Assembly (NCBI GenBank): GCA_964016885.1
Contig: OZ024741.1
Coordinates: forward strand, 145,328,001-145,392,000
DNA length: 64,000 nucleotides
Direction of reading: 5' to 3'
From: Eledone cirrhosa
Taxonomy: Eukaryota
A program made the translations under genes and the position numbers. Under the pieces are notes generated by a model. The model saw nothing but the letters and a program-made list of their open reading frames with translations, was not told the DNA's origin and searched no databases. Below, piece by piece: positions 12,966 to 26,120 of the stretch (position 1 is the first letter of the stretch; each line of letters starts with the position of its first letter).

Positions 12966-13106
12966 CAATATATAAACAGTTTTATAAATAATTTTGACGT
13001 ACCCTATTAAATGCAACCATTATTTTTGGAAGCTGTCTGGATAGTATTATATCTATATATATACATGGAAAGTTATATTTAAATTGTTGGGTTAACAACG
13101 AGTAAA

Positions 13107-13372
<266 letters not shown>

Positions 13373-13394
13373 TAGGGACTGGGGTCAATATCAT

Positions 13395-13575
13395 TCCACT
13401 GCAAAGTGGTCGTGGAGGTGCCACGGCAAAAAAAAGGACCCAGCACTCGCTGTAAATGAGGTTGGTGTTAGGAAGGGCATCCAGCTGTAGAAATCAAGCC
13501 AGAATCAGTTCCTGTCCCACCCTTGCAAGCAGGGAAAAAAAGCGGACATAAAATGAAATGATGAATGATGAAATG
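13395..13575 (+). mobile_element. RTE 3' end fragment
   Basis: Matches 32915-33075. Confidence 0.75.
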
Positions 13576-13956
13576 ATATATATATATATATATACATACA
13601 CTTTATTAAGTAACTGATGTTACATGATTATTTCTGTTTCGCTTCTCTTAGAATCTGGTCACAAATTAAAAAGAGAAAATATATTCTAGGTTTGAATGGA
13701 GGATTCTTGTATCATAATTTGCAAAATAGTAGGGGCTGTGATCAGCTACCTACTAATCAAATCATTCCAGTCAACAAACACTGTACTTGTACACTAACTG
13801 ATCAAGCACATCTATACATATATATTCATTTTATTCTTTTATCTGCCTAAGATATGTTATGCATATTCTTCTAGTGTGGATAGGTATGTTTTTTTTTGGG
13901 GGGGGGGGGGGGATCTGTGAATATAAAGCAAAGGCTTTAATACTTTTGATACCAAC

Positions 13957-14173
13957 CCAGCCAAAACTGGATCTAGTTCTGTGAAATAAAACCATCCATT
14001 TCAAAGGGGTTCCTATTTAAAACAAAATTTCTAACATAATTTTAGATAAGAACAATATATTAAATTATTATAGTACTAATGAAATAATTTATAATTTTGG
14101 TAAATAATTCAAAACTACATTCATTAATTGAAATACATTATATTTCATTAGCAATATGGATGAAAAAGTTAAT
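13957..14173. mobile_element. Degenerate TTAA-flanked MITE
   Basis: ttaatacttttgataccaacc..aaaaagttaa; similar to 54219-54427. Confidence 0.5.
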
Positions 14174-14619
14174 TAATTGCTGCCTCTATATGTCCTTTCT
14201 TTGCATTCTTCAAAGTGACTTCTAGAAAATTTAAGTTTCTAATATCAAAAGGATTTTTTTCACTATTTTTATTGGAAACCCATGGTAATTGTGGTTTAGT
14301 GGGAGAAAATATATCTTTTAGAATATCAGTCATCATCACTGTTTAACTTCTATTTTTCATTGCTTGCATGGTTTAGACAAGTGTGACACTTTGAGCATGT
14401 GTTATTTATCATACTATAGCCATGGATTGATCAGTGCCTTTTGAGTGAACTTGATAGATAAACAAAAGGTAAGTAAACCTGTTGTATATGTGTGTGAGTT
14501 TCTGTATATATAATCTTCATCATCATCATTTAATGTCCACTTTCTCTGATTGCAAGGGTTGGTTCGGTCTGCATAGACCAAGTCAGTATTGAACAGTGTA
14601 TGAGTCATGATTTACACAT

Positions 14620-14780
14620 GTGTGCGTATGTATGGAGAGGAAATATCAGGTGTAGTGTTGGCGAATTTCAGGAAGCATGGCAGTTTTGAAGGATGCAGTG
14701 TCCCAACAGCTAACAACTGATGCAGGCAGTTTGTTCCATGCTTCAGCAACTCTGAGCATGAAGTCTGATTTTGATTTAGT
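14620..14780 (-). mobile_element. CR1-like LINE 3' end relic
   Basis: Minus strand reads RVAEAWNKLPASVVSCWDTASFKTAM. Confidence 0.7.
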
Positions 14781-15257
14781 ATAAGCTGCATTGTGCACAA
14801 GAAGTATTTATTATTCAATTAATTACATAGCAAAACAAATGCACCTTAGGCATATTAGACGATACGTTTCAATGAATTTCTACTTTGTGTTTGGCATAAA
14901 TAGCAACTACTATAAATTCTTTCTGTAGGTGGAAGTACTAAGGGCAGTTGTCTATTGATGAATGACCAAAAAGCCACAGAATGCACAAGGGCAATATCTT
15001 ATGTGTTTCTGTGTTCAGAACAAAAAAAAAAACAAAAACAAAAAAACATGTTCACACCTGTTTGTACTCCCAGCAAGGTATATAAAACCCTATGGTTATA
15101 TCTACATTAAATTTATCTTAGATCTTGTTACACACACATAATGCTTAAGATGGCTATCTTTAGAAGGAAGATAACTTAATATATATGTCAAGCCTATGCT
15201 TTCATAAAGATAATTAAAAGTAAATAAAAAAGAACATTTTTTTCGTTCTACATGGCA

Positions 15258-15647
15258 GAATACAATAAATGTAATCTGAGTTTTTTGAATATTAATAATA
15301 ACATTCGATTCGTTTGTAATTATGCAAGCAAGCCTCAATTTTATAGCCATGTCAGTAGAATGAACCCTTCATTCTTGCTCTTGTGTTGGCATATGAACAG
15401 AACTGTATTTTTGAAAATAGCATATATTTTCACTAGCTCTGACAGTTTGGCAGGTGAACAATGAGCTGTACTGATGAAGGGTGATACCCAGAAACATTAG
15501 TGTCTGCAGTTCAGGTCACATACCAACACAAGAGCAAGAATGAAGGGTGGGTTCATTCTACTGACATGGCTATAAAATTGAAGCTTGTTTGCATAATTGC
15601 AAATGAATCGAATGTTATTAATATTCGAAAAACTCAGATTACATTTA
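15258..15647. mobile_element. PLE-like pLTR relic with ~140-bp inverted arms
   Basis: 15266-15406 mirrors about 15505-15647; short homolog at 53650-53700. Confidence 0.75.
15462..15513 (+). ncRNA. Minimal type I hammerhead ribozyme
   Basis: tgagctgta CTGATGA a-ggg-tgata-ccc-a GAAA cattagtg TC tgcagttca; 9-bp stem I, GUC site. Confidence 0.88.
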
Positions 15648-15854
15648 ATTAAAAGTACAATTCCTCAAAGTAATATTGACTAGTTTTATCCATGTTAGGA
15701 ATCTTCCAGTGTACATAAATTCAGATCTTGTTTAATATGTTCAACTGTTTCTGTTATGTGTGTTGCCATTAACACTGTCAATAAATCTTTACATAATTAT
15801 TGAAAACTCATTATCACTTACCCTAAAATTAATAACAGCATTATTCAAACTACA

Positions 15855-15981
15855 CGTCCCTTTACGATCTGAGTTCAAATCCCGACGAGGTTGACTTTGC
15901 CTTTCATCCTTACGGGGTCGATAAAATAAAGTACTAGTAATGCACTGGGTAATTGCTGGCCTTGTGCCTAAAGTAGAAACA
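15855..15981 (+). mobile_element. 5'-truncated SINE family 1 with 15-bp TSD
   Basis: attattcaaactaca at 15840-15854 and 15982-15996. Confidence 0.85.
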
Positions 15982-17371
15982 ATTATTCAAACTACATACA
16001 TCCAAACTCTCTCATGCACTCATGATTCTACCACCAACTGCTATCTTCTTTCTCATTATATAGGAGTACTTGTCTATGGTTTAGATTGTCACATCAAATT
16101 AATGATAGGAACGCCAGTTTAAAAGTTTTCACTGCAATCCCTTCAATTATTTATTAGCCTTCTTTCACCTGTATATATCTTAATTACAGCCTTTTAATTA
16201 TATTTGCTTTTCTCAAACTCCATATTTTCTATTTTACAGATAGCTCCCATGATAATTAAATTTATTATATCTCATACTCACTATTCTATTTTATTTCCAG
16301 AAGGTCAAGTATGTGTATTGGAATTGAATTAAACATAATATATATTACTGGTAATTTATCATCTCATTGGTGGAAAGATAATGGGTTAAGGGAGCCCACC
16401 CTCAACTGTTATTTGAGCTCAGGGCATACATGTATTTAATAATATTTTTAGAAGTAAAATCATTTATACAATTAAGTATTTTACTTAGAAGATACAGCTA
16501 GGTGGTAAAGGATCCACAATTCTAATCCACAGAAAAAGACCTGTAAATCTGTTTCTGAGTAAGACTATTTATCAGCGCCTTTATATCAACATTATAGGCT
16601 CCCAGGCAAAGTAATGCACTGGAGTTCTTACATACACAATCACACCATATGTAAGTTAACATTGGAACCTTGTCAAGGTGGGCCTACAGGTAATCCTCTC
16701 CAGGATCAGATTAAGTCGTTTTGAAGCCCAAAGCATTAAAAAAATTATCGTGCACCCACCCCCGTATATAAAGTCTGTAAAATAATTTTTTTGTTTAATG
16801 TGTGTGTATATGGGGGTGGGGGTGGGTGGGGTGGGTGACAAATATATTTAATTTGAATAAAATAGTAGTCCTCTTCCCTTGATGTCCTATGCATATGCTT
16901 ATTTTCCTTAATGGTTAAGCAAGTCTTAGCATTGTCAACACATACACAGGTAAAGATAATCATCATGTATCTATTTGCAGCTAAGTAAATAATCCAGCAA
17001 TTGTTAACTATCAGATACTTGGTAGCACCAACCAGAAGACATGAACCATGCCCCTGTCAGTCTATAAGAGGATATTCTAGCAATATTTGCTAAGTTGACT
17101 TCATCAATTAGAAGTAAAAACAGAATTATTTTTAAAGAATTTATTATGATTTATTTGCATTATTCAAATAGAAAATATCTTTTAAAAATGTTCCTTCCAT
17201 GACACTCAACTCAAAACTGTTACATAACTATCTTTGCCCCTTAAAGTTAATTTTATTATACCAAAACTAGCTTGTTAACTCAATTTTAACACTATTTAAT
17301 TCTATATATACCATCATCATCATCATCATACTTTTTACACTTGTGTATGTATTATATATATATATATATAA

Positions 17372-17717
17372 TACAGAGTACCCGAGCTCCCATGGGTACA
17401 AGCTGAAGCATATAGACAATATGCCCCCACACCCCCCACCGCAAGGTGGTCGTGGAAGTGCCACGGCAAAAAAGCACCCACCCCACACTGTAAAGTGGAC
17501 GTGTAGGCGCCACGAAAAAGCACCCAGCACTCACTGTAAATGAGGTTGGTGTTAGGAAGGGCATCTAGCTGTAGAAATCAAGCCGAATCAGTTCCTGTAT
17601 GAGCAAGGCTTGGTCAGCCGACCAGACACTGCCCACAACAGGACAACCCGTCTAACCCATGCTAGCGTGGAAGAACGGACGTAAAACGGTGATGATGATG
17701 ATGATGATGATGATGAT
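17372..17717 (+). mobile_element. RTE 3' UTR-only copy
   Basis: Near-identical to 32848-33187; (GAT)n tail; between (TA)n tracts. Confidence 0.9.
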
Positions 17718-18109
17718 ATATATAAAATGCGTATAATACATATACACATACATATTCAACATTCTTTGCAAAATATTTTGATTTATTAGTGACAAAATTT
17801 CATGAAAAATTAAATCTTCCAACACCTTTGAAAATGGTGTCAATACTTCATTTAAGTTTCTTCATTGTTTGTTTTTTAACAGCAGAATTTTAATTAAGTC
17901 ATAATTATCATTAGCAAGTGGTATTGTGTTGCAGCATGAGACTTTAACTTCACACCGTTATCTATAGCACGTGCTTCAATTTCCCCTGTGGAAACAAAGT
18001 TCTGATACTGGTAATGAATATACATACATACATATACACACACATACATATATGTGTATGTATATATGTACATACACATGCATACATACATACACATACA
18101 TATACATTA

Positions 18110-18182
<73 letters not shown>

Positions 18183-18217
18183 CATTCATACACACATATA
18201 TATATATATATATATAT

Positions 18218-18307
18218 GGAAAAGAAAGAAACGAAATTTTATTTCTCACTCTTAGTACGGCTGATACCTAAATATCAGCATTTATACGTACATACATACA
18301 TGTGTAC

Positions 18308-18367
<60 letters not shown>

Positions 18368-18867
18368 GAATGTTTTTGACTGTGGTTTCTTGTAAACAAA
18401 CATTCGCCTCATTCTGACGTCACTAGCCCTGTCTTTCCTCATGTGCGTTTTTCATAATCACGCATGATGGTGAAATAGCCAGTTTTAAAATTCCTTTTTT
18501 GGCATATAAATCTATGAGAGTCCTGGTTATCGAGTTGAGCTCTGCTGACGATTGAAATCCAACCGTGACCATCTCCACTGAAAGTTTTCATGAAATAGTC
18601 TTTAAGACTATACAGAGCATTTGAAGTTTTTCAAAATTGAAGGATGAGTATTTTAGACTTTATTTTATCATGAGTTAAGGGTCTATTGATTTTTCCCTGG
18701 ATTTCACTAAATTCTGTGGATGAATTTATATCCTGATTCTCTTTGAGATAAGTTTGAATTATTTTTCCCACATCTTACGTTAACTATTTTTCCCATTTTG
18801 ACGCTATAGTCGCATATATGTTATTAAATACTGTTAGCTTCTCGCTACAACAATTTCTATACCTTTC

Positions 18868-18923
<56 letters not shown>

Positions 18924-19153
18924 GTACATACACACATATATATATGTACGTATGGGTTTACCGAACATTTATTACAATGTTCGGTTTGTTTGTAAACAAA
19001 CAGCCCGAATTTGGGCTGTTTGTTTACAAACAAACCGAACATTATAATAAATATTCAGTAAACCCATACGTACATATATATATGTGTGTATGTACGTATA
19101 TATATACATATATATATGTCTGTACACATATATGTATGTACGTATAAATACTT
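18218..19153. mobile_element. Family C asymmetric foldback interrupted by a ~500-bp insert in its internal (TA)n
   Basis: Tail 18218-18310 and arms 18922-19153 are contiguous in the 25425-25827 copy. Confidence 0.7.
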
Positions 19154-19175
19154 ATATTTATATATATATATATAT

Positions 19176-19385
19176 AACGAAGGAAATGTGGTAAGGAACC
19201 AGGTGGACCATAACGCACCAAAGCACTCGATACTTAGGGTAGTAGAGTGGGTAATAGGAACGAGTAGGACCCCGACGGCTGAGCTGAGCTCAAGCCGTTT
19301 CGACGGCTAATTCTGGACTAAGTTAGTCCAGAATTAGCCGTCGAAACGGCTTTAGCTCAGCCGTCGGGGTCCTACTCATTCCTAT
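19176..19385. mobile_element. Family B asymmetric foldback
   Basis: Apex ggctaattctggactaa-g-ttagtccagaattagcc; left arm has an extra ~75-nt tail. Confidence 0.8.
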
Positions 19386-19605
19386 ATATATATATATATA
19401 ACTGCTCTGTAGAACAACTGATGTTGTTACATTGAGCTATTTATCTTACTGGTAATAAGGTAGTAATAAATTACTGTCTTTCACTATTTAGGGTTTAAAA
19501 TATATATAACTATAAAAGGTTTCAGTATATACATAACCATAAATAGTATCCTTAATACTATTAACTGCTCCATACTGTTGAGCTGACATACAATAAATTA
19601 CCAGT

Positions 19606-22053
19606 ATGCTGATCAAAGACCAACTCCCTATGTCAACCAAGAACATACCAATACCATCCAAGAATACATATGAAAAATTATTGATCGACAGTGCAAATTA
19701 TCAATAGAGTGAGATGGAGGACATTCCATTATGATAAAAACAAATCTAGCAAGGTTAATAATAGTAACAAATTTGACTCCTTTGGCTTTAAAACCTTTAG
19801 AAGCCTCCCTCATAACACACTACTAAACTCCTTTGAAAATGACCTAATAAAACTAGTTAAGAATATTAAATACAAAAAGCACCGTAATAAAAACAACACC
19901 TTAAACAAACTTAACACCTCTATTAATGATTTCAAAACTAGTAATAAAATTATTGTACATGCGGACAAAACTAATAACATATACAGCCTAGATTATAATA
20001 CTTATAGAAAGTTTATATATAATGAACTACATAAAAGCTACAAGAAAACTACTATGAAAAACTTAGAAGATATTAATATGGAAGGCTATAATATAGTGTC
20101 CAAACCAGGACTTCAGAGACATACACAACCATATACCCCAAACACCCCCTAGATTCTCTCTGAAGGACCATAAGGAGGACTTCATTAGCAACCCCTCGAT
20201 TAGACTTATCTGCCCTTCCAAGTCTGACATTGGAATTATCAGTAAGATAATTTTAGATAAAATCATCCCACAAATTAAACACAAGATATACCTTAAACAA
20301 TGGGGAAATACAGGTGAAGTGATTGAATGGTTCAAAGATATCAAGGATAACAATTTATTCAATTTGATATCAATTCATACTACACCTCTATTTCCCCTAT
20401 CCTATTAAATAAGGCACTTATCATGGCCATGGACAATAGTGACTTGACTAGACCCCAGGTTGATGTCATACTTTCGGCCCGTAAAACAGTAATCACCTTT
20501 GAAGACCAATTATGGACCCGCAAAGATACGCAAAACAACTTCGACATAACCATGGGATCTAGTGACTCGGCGCAGGTCACTGATTTGGTCGGCCTATATT
20601 TACTTAACGAAATCCATAAGGACCTTCCATACCTCAACGGTGGTTTGTACCGCGATGATGCACTTCTACTTATAGACTATAAAAAATTCAACATAGAAAG
20701 AACTAGAAAACTATTGCACAAATTCAATATAGAAAGAACTAGAAAACAATAACCTTAGTATTACCATGGACAAAAACACTAAAAACGTTAACTTCCTGGA
20801 CGCCACCCTCTACCTAGACTCAAAGATATATACACCTTTCCACAAACCTAATGAAAAACTCATTTACGTAGATACCAAGTCTAACCAACCTAGATCTATA
20901 TTAAACTCTATCTCTAAGGGAGTATCCAATAGAATCTCTAATCTATCCTATGACGTAAACATATTTAGCAAAAACTCGCAATATTATAATCAGGCATTAG
21001 CTAGATCAGGCCATAATATAGAGATCGAGTTCCTACCTACAAAAACACATAGCTACAACATTATTTCGCACAACATGTCCATGAGGAAATTTAGTAATAG
21101 GAATAGCAACACACACACTAATACGGAGGATGCCAACAAGAGTAACCCACACCACAGAAATTACCATAGTACCATAAAAGGAAACAACTCACCAGACATA
21201 AAAAACAAAAATAGAAGAAGAAATAATACATTTTTCAACCCTCCTTTCAATTTAAACGTCTCTACCAACCTACCTAGGGCTTTCTTCTCACTACTAGATA
21301 AAAACTTCCCATCTGGCCATAAGTACCATAGCCTTTTAAACAAAAACACTATTAAAATCTCCTACTCTACTACGCCTAACATAGCATACCACATAGCTAG
21401 TAGCAATAAAAGAAAAATTAATTCTTACTTCCAACAAACTAAATCACAACAGACGATAAACCTTCAAAATAACATTATATCAACTAACCCTAATAACAAT
21501 AGAAATAATAGTAATAGCACTACTGTAAGCAATAACGCTGGGAACGACACCCCCATAACCATAATCCTATAGCTACCATCCAGACTTCTACACAACATAA
21601 TAACCGGCAGACTAACACCCAGAATAATTGTAACTGTAGATCAAATAGAACCTGCCCTTTAGATAAAAAATGCTTAATCAAGGATATCATATACTGCACC
21701 GTCACAACTAGCAACTCTTCTGAAACCTATATAGGCTCTACTTCAAACTGCTTCAAAACCAGATACAATTCGCACCTTCACTCTTTCAAAAACACAGTCT
21801 AGCCAACTCCACTTCACTATCTAGCTACATACACTATCTAAAAACTAAAAATAAATCATATACACTTAAATGGGAAGTGATAGGTAACGCAACATCGTAC
21901 AAACCACCTAATAAATTTTGTAACCTCTGTCTACTAGAGACCCATACTATTATCTTCTCAAACCATAACCTCCTTAATAAAAAATCAGAAGTGTTCGCGT
22001 CTTGCCAGCACCGCTTCCGACACTCCTTCCAAAACTTTAAACCCAATATATAA
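19606..22053 (+). pseudogene. Near full-length Penelope-like (Naiad-type) RT + GIY-YIG ORF with several frameshifts
   Basis: MSTKNIPIPS..RVRW..FGFKT..ADKTNNIY..LKDHKEDF..RLICPSKSDIG..QWGNT..FDI..YTSIS..FDITMGSSDSAQVTDLVG..GLYRDD..VNFLD..FFNPPF..KISYS..CNC..CP..IIY..TYIGST..FKTRY..CNLCLLE..LLNKKSE..CQH. Confidence 0.92.
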
Positions 22054-22110
22054 CTGTTTCTACTTTAGGCACAAGGCCAGCAATTACCCAGTGCATTACT
22101 GGTACTTTAT
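22054..22110 (-). mobile_element. SINE family 1 3' fragment
   Basis: tgtttctactttaggcacaaggccagcaattacccagtg is the reverse complement of the SINE tail. Confidence 0.7.
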
Positions 22111-23590
22111 ATATAACAATGTCAGACTTGAACCCGTCACCACCTCTAGCAACAAACCTCAAGGGCACACCTTACACCACATCTCCACACTCATTGATCC
22201 ACTTTAACGCATATAGTGACATCCTCCTAGTACCTTTTACCCTAGAGACATCCCCATGTACATCTACTTTTAGTATATTTGCCTTCAATTACTTAGACTA
22301 CATTACACCAATATATAATTAATGTAAACTTTAAGCACGGAATTGGTTGTGCTAATATTGTTCTGTGTATGGAGTCCATCATTGGATAAATGGAAGATTA
22401 ATTAATTTATTAACATAAAAGAGCTATATAACCTATATGCTGAGTACAATGAATTATGTACAGGTAATGTATGAGTTATACATACATGTATGACTTGATG
22501 GTCAGATTAGTGTAATTGTAAGTGAGAATTGATCTCTGGTCTACCCTAGTGATATTTAACTTTGCCATGCAATCAGACATGCACTGACCCAGAGCTTACC
22601 AGGAGTCATATATGGAAGTGATTCTAATAAAACCCTGCCAGGTTCTGCGGGTAGACTACACTTACAAAGATCATTGATTTGGAGATCTGACTCTTCATGT
22701 AGAATATTCGGTTGTGGCACTCTATGATAGAAGGTAATCATCCTAATATGAACACCTTTAGTACTTCTTAATAGACTACACTGTAATTTATAGATAAGAT
22801 ACTTAAATTTAGAAACTGTTTATAACCTTATATGATAGGGACTCATTTGAGACACCATTTAATGTACATTAGGATAATAAATTTAGTTATAGAAATCAGC
22901 TAGTTACCTCCCCTTACGCATTAACTCCCTTTAATCACACACACACTTCCGGAAAATAATACGATGTCATTTCTCGCAACAAAAACAACCTGCTCTATAG
23001 AATCGAATTAGAGAACGATAAGCTGAGGTGTTCTAACATGGTTCATCAGGCATCCAATGTTGAATCATCGTGGATTGTGTGAGGGACATGTAGTCTATAA
23101 ATTGCGTTTCCTGGATTGTGAGAGTGGTGGTGTGTGCGAGGACCGTGGCGTTGTTTTGCTTCTCATTTTTAATATTTTTGGTGTTTCTCTACACACTGGC
23201 TTCTATATCATACATATATATAAAAAATGCTTTACCAGTACAGCCCCCATGATGCTCTTGATTGCCCGCTTAGACTGCTTGTATTACATGTAACACCCTG
23301 CCGCACTATAATCTTGTATAAATAGGACACGCATGCATGCCCCACGTGTGACTGTTGCATACACTGGCTACTTCAAACTATCCTCTCGCTTTATCTTCGT
23401 AAACTGCCAATGTTGTATTTTAATATTAACTTTAATTTTTCCCTTTAATATGACTTTAATCTTTGTATGTAAATTGCCATGCTATATTATTATAATGGAT
23501 GTCAACCCACTGTGCATCAATATATACATATGTTTCTATATGTCTCTTGTGTTGGAAAGGAGGTCAAGTATGTAAAAAATCATTGAAAAG

Positions 23591-23639
23591 TTGCTCCGAA
23601 GAATCCAAACCTCGGTTTGGAAGAAATAATTGTAAGTGA
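23591..23639 (+). ncRNA. Minimal type I hammerhead, C4 core variant, at the probable 3' end of the Naiad element
   Basis: ttgct CCGAAGA a-tccaaac-ctcg-gtttgga-a GAAA taattg TA agtga; AATAAA follows, then (TA)n at about 23678. Confidence 0.7.
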
Positions 23640-24024
23640 ATAAATGGTTTAAACAGAACTTTGATTCATGTAATTTCTATATATATATATATACATACAT
23701 TTATATATATACATACATATATATATATTTACATATATATATACATACATATATATATATACATATATATATACATAGATATATATACATACATATATGT
23801 ATATACATACATATTTGTATATACATATATGTATATACATACATATATTTATATACATACATATACATAAATACATTCATATACATACATACACATACAT
23901 ACACACACATACATACACATACATACATATACATACATTCATACATACATACATAATATATCTATATATATATATATTAGTGAAAAAGAACAAAGGAACT
24001 ATTATGACATTATAACAAGTTTAT

Positions 24025-24071
24025 TGCCGACAGCCGTTTCGTCCGACCATATGGTGGGACTTTTCAAGGCA
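24025..24071 (-). ncRNA. Minimal type I hammerhead, U3:A8 core variant, in a PLE-like 3' end (about 23978-25150)
   Basis: tgcc TTGAAAA gtcc-caccatatggtc-ggac GAAA cggctg TC ggca ataaa. Confidence 0.8.
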
Positions 24072-24779
24072 TATAACATGTGATTGTAAGATCATTATTT
24101 ACATCAACGTATAACTCAAGGCTAGCAGTTTGAAATTGTGGTATACATCAGCAGCTCCGCTTGTATAGTTGGGGTCTATATTCTAAGGGGGCTCTTTTAT
24201 ATTAGTTGTCGGGGTCAGGGATTGAAGGTTAAAAATTAGATAATATATAATTTACGCATTAACAGTAAAGTAAAAGACTTGGGATCCCGTAGAAGCACCT
24301 TAAAAAATCCCTCAATAAGTGCATAAAGCTTACAGGCTCCAATAAACCTAATAAACTAGAAGAAATTAAGAGGCTAATAAAATAAAAAATAAAAATATAA
24401 AGTTTCCCTAAAAAAATATATAAAGTTTCCTATGAAATTCCTTCGAGAGAAAAAAATTTTTTTCCGAAAGAAAACAACTTTCTTCCCCCGAGATCACGTT
24501 TACAAATTTCAGAAAACTTACGAAGTTTTGATATTCCCTACTAAGTTGAAAGAAACTAATCAATTAAAGGTTAATTCAAAGAGCCTTCCATAATTCTCTC
24601 AGAAAAGGCCCCTTTAATATTATTAATAGGAACTTCCTCCGAGAGACCCTTCGAAGAATTAAAATTTTAGAGAGCCTTTAAGGATATATATAAAAACGAA
24701 TTGAGGAAAATTATACATTAAAAGTTAAAAATTACGGTATTTGGGATATCCGATGAATTTTCAAAGGGCTGCTTCAACA

Positions 24780-25130
24780 GATACAACTTAGGCATAATAG
24801 ATACAATAATTTAAGTAATTTAAGTAATTTAATTAGGGAGCAATTCAAAGAGTTTATCAAGTTGGGCTAGATTAAAGAAAGTGTAAGTAAGAAAATACAT
24901 AAGCAAAAAGACAATAATTATAAATAATTATTGTCTTTTTGCTTATGTATTTGTGATACATATCATTTATGATTTATGATACAACTTAGGCATAATAGAT
25001 ACAATAATTTAAGTAATTTAATTAGGGAGCAATTCAAAGAGTTTATCAAGTAGGGCAAGATTAAAGAAAGTGGTAAATAAGAAAATACATAAGCAAAAAG
25101 ACAATAATTATTTATAATTATTGTCTTTTT
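24780..25130. repeat. ~160-bp tandem duplication with terminal palindrome
   Basis: atacaacttaggcataatag.. at 24781 and about 24979; hairpin aaatacataagcaaaaagacaataattat / ataattattgtctttttgcttatgtattt. Confidence 0.75.
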
Positions 25131-25424
25131 TCCGTGTTTGGGTGAATGTGTATTGGTTATTGTATTCTATCTTAGTTTACTAGTGTGTGTTTATGTGTTT
25201 GTTGTTATTGTGCTTGTGTATGTATTTATTTATATATATTTATTTATTTATTTATATATATTTATATTTATATATATTTATATTTAATATATTTATATTT
25301 ATATATAATATATATATATTTATATTTATATATACATATATTTATATTTATATATATATATTTATATTTAATATATATATATTTATGTATATTTATTTAT
25401 TTATTTATATATATACATATGAAT

Positions 25425-25518
25425 GGAAAAGAATGAAACGAAATTTCATTTCTCAATCTTAGTACGGCTGATACCTAAATATAAGTATTTATACGTACAT
25501 ACATATATGTGTACAGAC

Positions 25519-25549
<31 letters not shown>

Positions 25550-25823
25550 CATAGACACATATATATATGTACGTATGGGTTTACCGAACATTTATTATAA
25601 TGTTCGGTTTGATTGTAAACAAACACTCCAAATTAAACCGTACAGTGCTCGGCAACCATCAACGATGGTTGCCTAGCATTGTACGGCGAAACTCGGGCTG
25701 TTTGCTTACAAACAAACCAAACATTATAATAAATGTTCGGTAAACCCATACGTACATATATATATATGTGTGTATGTATGTATATATATATGTCTGTACA
25801 CAAATATGTATGTACGTATAAAT

Positions 25824-25827
<4 letters not shown>
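25425..25827. mobile_element. Family C asymmetric foldback (uninterrupted)
   Basis: Long inverted arms with apex ggcaaccatc-aac-gatggttgcc; extra ~55-nt tail on the left only. Confidence 0.8.
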
Positions 25828-25883
<56 letters not shown>

Positions 25884-26120
25884 TATATAGATATATAGAT
25901 ATATATATACATACATTTATATATATACATACATATATATATGTACATACATATATATATGCATACACATATATATATATATATATACGCGATATATATA
26001 TATATATATACATACATATACATACATATATATATACATATATATACATACATTTATGTATATACATACATATTTGTATATACATGCATATGTATGTATA
26101 TACATATATGTATATACATA

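Noticed and set aside
16489-16650. Possible exon ending at gtaagt
   Set aside because: Stops in all three frames from the best acceptor
21620-22053. Selenoprotein-type Naiad (in-frame UGA at cysteines plus SECIS)
   Set aside because: The conserved cysteines I could read in both Naiad copies are TGT/TGC; no in-frame TGA at those sites
22960-23056. Minus-strand CTGATGA...GAAA tgaca TC
   Set aside because: No convincing stem II and a poor stem I
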